Source of the DNA: Vitrella brassicaformis CCMP3155
Lineage: Eukaryota; Protista; Chromerida
Reading direction: 5' to 3'
DNA length: 64,000 bases
Assembly: GCA_001179505.1 (NCBI GenBank)
Contig: CDMY01000227.1
Span: 248,001 to 312,000, forward strand
Below, piece after piece: positions 59,786-64,000 of the stretch. Within the stretch, counting starts at the first letter, position 1. Each line of letters starts with the position of its first letter. Made by a program: the position numbers and the translations under genes. The notes below the pieces were generated by a model. The model ran no database searches and was not told the origin of the DNA. It saw nothing but the letters and a program-made list of their open reading frames with translations.

Positions 59786-62177
59786 ATGCAGCCTTACCTG
59801 CCTGGCAAGGGGCTATTCCTGCCCGTTGGGGCACTGCCGGGCAAAGGAAGCGACGGAAGCCCTGGCAGCCGGGAGAAGAAGGACGCTGGGCGGAGTTTGA
59901 GGGCCTCTCAATTGACCGATGTGACGGCTGAGGGGTCATCGTCATCGAGCAGCTATGCGAGGAGCCCATCGGTTGGCAGATTGAGACGCCAGATGCTGGG
60001 CCGGACACGCACAGGCAGGCTGCTGTGTTTGCTTTTCTGCTCGCAGATTCGCGTCAAGTGCTACGTGGATGAGGGAGATGTGCTGCTGTATCAAGTCGAG
60101 TTAGCAGGGGATGATTTCACAAACTGGGGGCTCACAATGGATGCACGCACGGATGAATGTCTGTGTGTTTGTTTTCAGGCCGACTCTGACGTCGTGTGAG
60201 GCGCTTTGGGGGGAGCTGCACAAGGACTGGGGGAACGAGATATCCCTCAGATGGAAGGTGAGACCATCACACACAAGGCAACCACATCCTTCCATGGCAT
60301 GTGGCGGTTGTCCATCCAGGACGAGGAGGGAGATGCCATCTTGATGCGACAGCCGCGCGACCTCCTGGTTGCTCTGGAACACAACCGCTCGTCGCCTTCG
60401 CTCAAGATCAGCATGGAGAGGGGCCTTTCACCAGCTCAATCCATCAGCCGCAAGTCCAAGTCAGCAAGATCACACCGGTCCACCCGCTCTTCAGGTGACT
60501 ATGCATGTCACATACATCCATCTACCATACGAGACACGACGATGCAGCACCTGGTGTGCCTGCAGGGGGCTCCCCTCGCCCGTCCGACCCCCTTCAGCCC
60601 CAGGCGTCAGCAGTGCCCTCGTCCATCGGGTCGATATTTTCCGATTCGCCCGTCTCCCCCGCGGCCAGCGACAGACCACAGGGGGGCGGGGAGGGAGTGG
60701 ACGTCATGAAAAGGCTCGAGCAGATGATCGTGGCGGCAGAGGAGGGGGGCACAGACGAGACGCAGCAGATGGACATGCTGTCCACGCTCACAGAGGAGAC
60801 CATCACTGAGAAGGACCTCCAGATGGGCCAGAAGCTCGGGGCGGGGTCCTACGGGACGGTGTATCTCGCCATGCACACACATACGGGGCAGCTTCTGGCA
60901 CTCAAACAGGTGGAGTTGGCCACCCACTCGCAGGCGCAACAGAGCCAAGTGAGTGAGAGAGACACCGGGGGAAGGCCTACGGCATCGGTCGCTCGTTGGC
61001 TTTTGTGTGCAGCTGATGGAGTTCCAGCATGAGATGGGTCTGCTCAAGAGCCTGCAACACCCGAATATCGTCAGCTACATCGGTGTGGTGCAGACGCCCG
61101 TGTCTCTCAACATCCTCATGGAATACGTACCTGGTATGCTGCACAGGTCATGGGATGGATGGATGGCCTTAGCTGTGGATCTCTCCTTCTTGCTGTTCAG
61201 GCGGGTCACTGCAGTCCTTGATTGGCAAGTTTGGTCCTCTGAAGGAGAGCGTCGTGGCGCTGTTTACACACCAAATTCTGCAAGTGAGCCGCCACCCATA
61301 CACAGCAGGCCACCACACACATATGCGCATGATTGCTGCCCAGGGCCTGGCGTATCTCCACGAGCACAACATCGTCCACAGAGGTAGGTAGGCAAAGTGC
61401 GTCTCAGCAAGCCATTGCACCCACTCGCGACGAGGAAGAACACTCAATGTGTGTAGACATCAAGGGCGGCAACATCCTGTTGCGTGCTGACGGAGTGGTC
61501 AAGTTGGCGGACTTTGGGTGCGCCAGGGTGCTGGACAGAGAGGGGGAGTCCTCCACGGAGAAGGACATGTGCATGACCACCAAAGGCACGCCCCTCTGGA
61601 TGGCGCCGGAAGTCAGTGACCGAGTGACCGACTGATCAATCAAAGGCTTCTCATGAGTTATGAGTGTGTGGCTGCGGTGTAGGTATTGGCGAAGGAGCCG
61701 TATTCGACGCCTGCGGACATCTGGTCAGTCGGATGCACTGTCATCGAGATGATCACGGGTAGGCAGACGTGATCTCATGGTGTCTCGTCATCCTATCCGC
61801 CGACCGATGGACACATGCGTTCAGGTCAGCCGCCCTGGTCTGAGTATGGCTCACCATGGGCAGCCCTGTACGCTATTGTCAAGGCGCGTCGCAGCCCCCC
61901 GATCCGCTCAGACATCCCCAAAGGCGCACAGGCGTTCATCGCAGAGTGCCTCAGATTGTATGTGAAGCAAACATCCACAGAGACGCGGAGACGCGTGTCG
62001 GCTGCAGGGCGTGTGGGCCCCCTGTGTGTCTGTATGTCTGTGTGGTTGTTCAGCACCCCGTCTGAGCGTCCCACAGCGTCAGCGTTGCTGAGGCATCCCT
62101 TTCTGCGGCAGGCAGCCATGCGACACGCGGCGAAGGCCAAACGGGACACACCTGGCCGCAGCCGGGAAAGCCAGTGA
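59786..62177 (+). CDS. STE11/MEKK-family MAP3K with an N-terminal PB1 domain; multi-exon
   Basis: Kinase motifs [87 protein letters not shown]1 motifs IRVKCY and LRWK|[19 protein letters not shown]. Confidence 0.92.
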
Positions 62178-62854
62178 GTGGAGAGAGAGAGAGAGAGAGA
62201 GAGAGGGTGTAGGCTTTAGATGTAGGTGTAGGGGACGGCTGTGTGAAGATAGCTATGTATGTGTGTGCGACAGCCATCAGGAAGTATTGATTTACTTGTC
62301 TGTAAGGTGTCACCATACATACGCACTGCGGCGCACGCTTCCCCCCATGACTCGGCTCAGTCAAATCTCACCGATAAGGTTTGTCTTCATATCGTGAAGA
62401 AGTGCAGGCAGGACTTGTTTGCTTGGTCGGTCACTCGGGGATGTGGGATCAAAGACAGGAAATATAAAATGTAGGCAGCTATCAGCAAAGACCTTTACCC
62501 CCACAGCGCTCAGCACCACAATCAACAAGCCAGGCAGCCCCATGTAACATCAACAGGCAGGCGTTGATGTCGTTGAGGTCGGTATTGTTGTAGGTGGCAC
62601 ACCGGTCTCGAGGTCTTGCCGACTGGCTGTGTCGCCAGCCAGTGGTTTGCGGGAAAATGGAAAGATAAGTCGCCGACAAATACAAAAATGTCGGCAGCGA
62701 TTTGAAAACACCTGCGATAGGGAAAATGTTCACACACATGTGTCTTCGCATTTCTCGGCAAGTGACGTAGTTCCGTATTGTGTACCTGCAAGGCAATCAA
62801 GCGCTCGCTCAAGCTGCCCGCTGCGACTTGGAGGCGTGCAGCGCCCAAAGCAAA

Positions 62855-63008
62855 CCCAGCAAAGCGAAGCAAACCGAAGCAAACCTGCGTCTTGCTTGTA
62901 TCGATGCAAGACAAATCAATGCAAGCAAAGCAAAGCAAGGCAAAGCAAGGCCCAAGCCAAAGGTGACGAGGGAGAGGAGACAAGCAAAGCAAAGCAAAGC
63001 AAAGCCAA
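62855..63008. repeat. Imperfect (AAAGC)n pentanucleotide microsatellite
   Basis: Repeated aaagc/aagca units visible. Confidence 0.8.
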
Positions 63009-63202
63009 GCCACCAGGTCCGTGTGCTGTGGTCGAACCCCCCGACACGCTCGCCCAGCCCACCGTCGAGAGATGACATAAGGGGCGCAGACCTCGGCGCA
63101 CACGAGCTCGGCGAAGATGATACACGCGATGTAGAGTCCCCTACACACGAACCTGTTCCCTGGTAACGCCAGGAGACAGGCAGAGCAAAAGATCACCCTC
63201 AG

Positions 63203-64000
63203 ATGCCGCCAGACGCTGCTTTTGTAGCATCTCCAGCAGAGCGGCGGGAGGGGGATCTATGCTGCTGTGCCGCGGGGGAAGGAAATAGAGCTGTCTCGGC
63301 TGAGGATGTGCAGCTCCCCGTCCGCCGCATCTCGCCACAGAAACCAGACCAGATGCGGTCGTTGACGATCAGCTGGTCCGACAAATATGGAATGTAGGCA
63401 GCCATCAAAGCCGGCCAACTGTCTCCGGCGAGCTGCGGAAAAGGAATCCCTCGACCGCCTCGCGCTAAATGCCAGTCGAGTTCTGCTGCAGGTTGAGCTG
63501 TGTCTCTCTGCTGCCGTTGTGGCCATTGTGGCCGTTCTGCGTCCTTCCATTCCCGTTGTGGACGCCCTGCATGTTGGGGCTGCCGTGCTTCAGGCCAGCC
63601 TCAGGTGTCTTCTTCCTGCATTGGGTTGCCATCTGCAGACGTCGATCTCTCGGCTTGCTAGAAACCGGGGCCCCTGACGCTTGCAGAGAGTAGATTACGA
63701 AGCCCCCGAGACCAATCACTGTACCGCCCCACCAGATTCTCAATGAAGATGGCCACACCTGTGATCAGCTGCCAAAAGCACTATATGTGCGATACACAGG
63801 ACCAGTGCAGATCCGCTGCATCGTCGCTCAGGGCGCGAGAAGCCACATCGACACCAGCGCCGACTCTTTGCTTCACCCCCAGCCCGTCCTCGAGCCCCAC
63901 CCCAGCCGCAGCCGCAGCGGTGGAAGCAACTGCCTCTCTGAATCGCCTGAAGAGGAGAGAAGGGCATGCCCACGCCCATCACCGCCACTTCTGCGGACAC
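63203..64000 (+). CDS. Possible 5' part of a low-complexity hypothetical gene running off the window end
   Basis: ATG at 63203, candidate short introns and an open Ser/Pro/Ala-rich frame to the end. Strand and frame are not certain. Confidence 0.25.

Noticed and set aside
63465-63758. Minus-strand C-terminus of a nucleotide-sugar transporter (RIWWGGTVIGLGGFVIYSL)
   Set aside because: No matching upstream exon in 63780-64000; the + strand reading is equally plausible.
1-64000. CRISPR array, rRNA, or alternative genetic code
   Set aside because: No regularly spaced repeats and no rRNA motifs. Conserved genes translate cleanly with the standard code; in-frame stops occur only in the decayed element.

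Overview
Intron-rich, GC-rich eukaryotic genomic DNA. The short introns packed with (CA)n/(TG)n/(GATG)n microsatellites and the gene content suggest a chromerid alveolate such as Vitrella brassicaformis (inference from style, not verified). I hand-spliced about 20 protein-coding genes, most arranged as close head-to-head pairs. Well-supported families: ovothiol synthase OvoA (3' end runs off the window), an ACSBG-type long-chain acyl-CoA synthetase, intronless TFIIB, a Gfo/Idh/MocA oxidoreductase, a choline transporter-like protein, an ACOT9-like thioesterase, an SDR, an MCT-type MFS transporter, a multi-EF-hand protein, an EXD1-like 3'-5' exonuclease, a membrane-anchored type-B carboxylesterase, a formate-nitrite transporter, RBM8A/Y14 and a PB1-domain MAP3K. 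Several orphan genes are also present. The most notable observations are (1) a proline-rich orphan whose spliced C-terminus matches the LIN52 (MuvB/DREAM) signature, (2) a recurring GCGAGCTT element, often as inverted pairs, in the divergent promoters, (3) a decayed, intron-containing remnant resembling Helitron-like Rep/PIF1 proteins, (4) an exonuclease-S1 protein with a mitochondrial-type presequence and a C-terminal membrane helix, and (5) blocks of genes whose introns lack microsatellites. There are two 300-N gaps flanked by G runs. I found no rRNA, intact tRNA or CRISPR array. All exon boundaries were derived by eye and are approximate.
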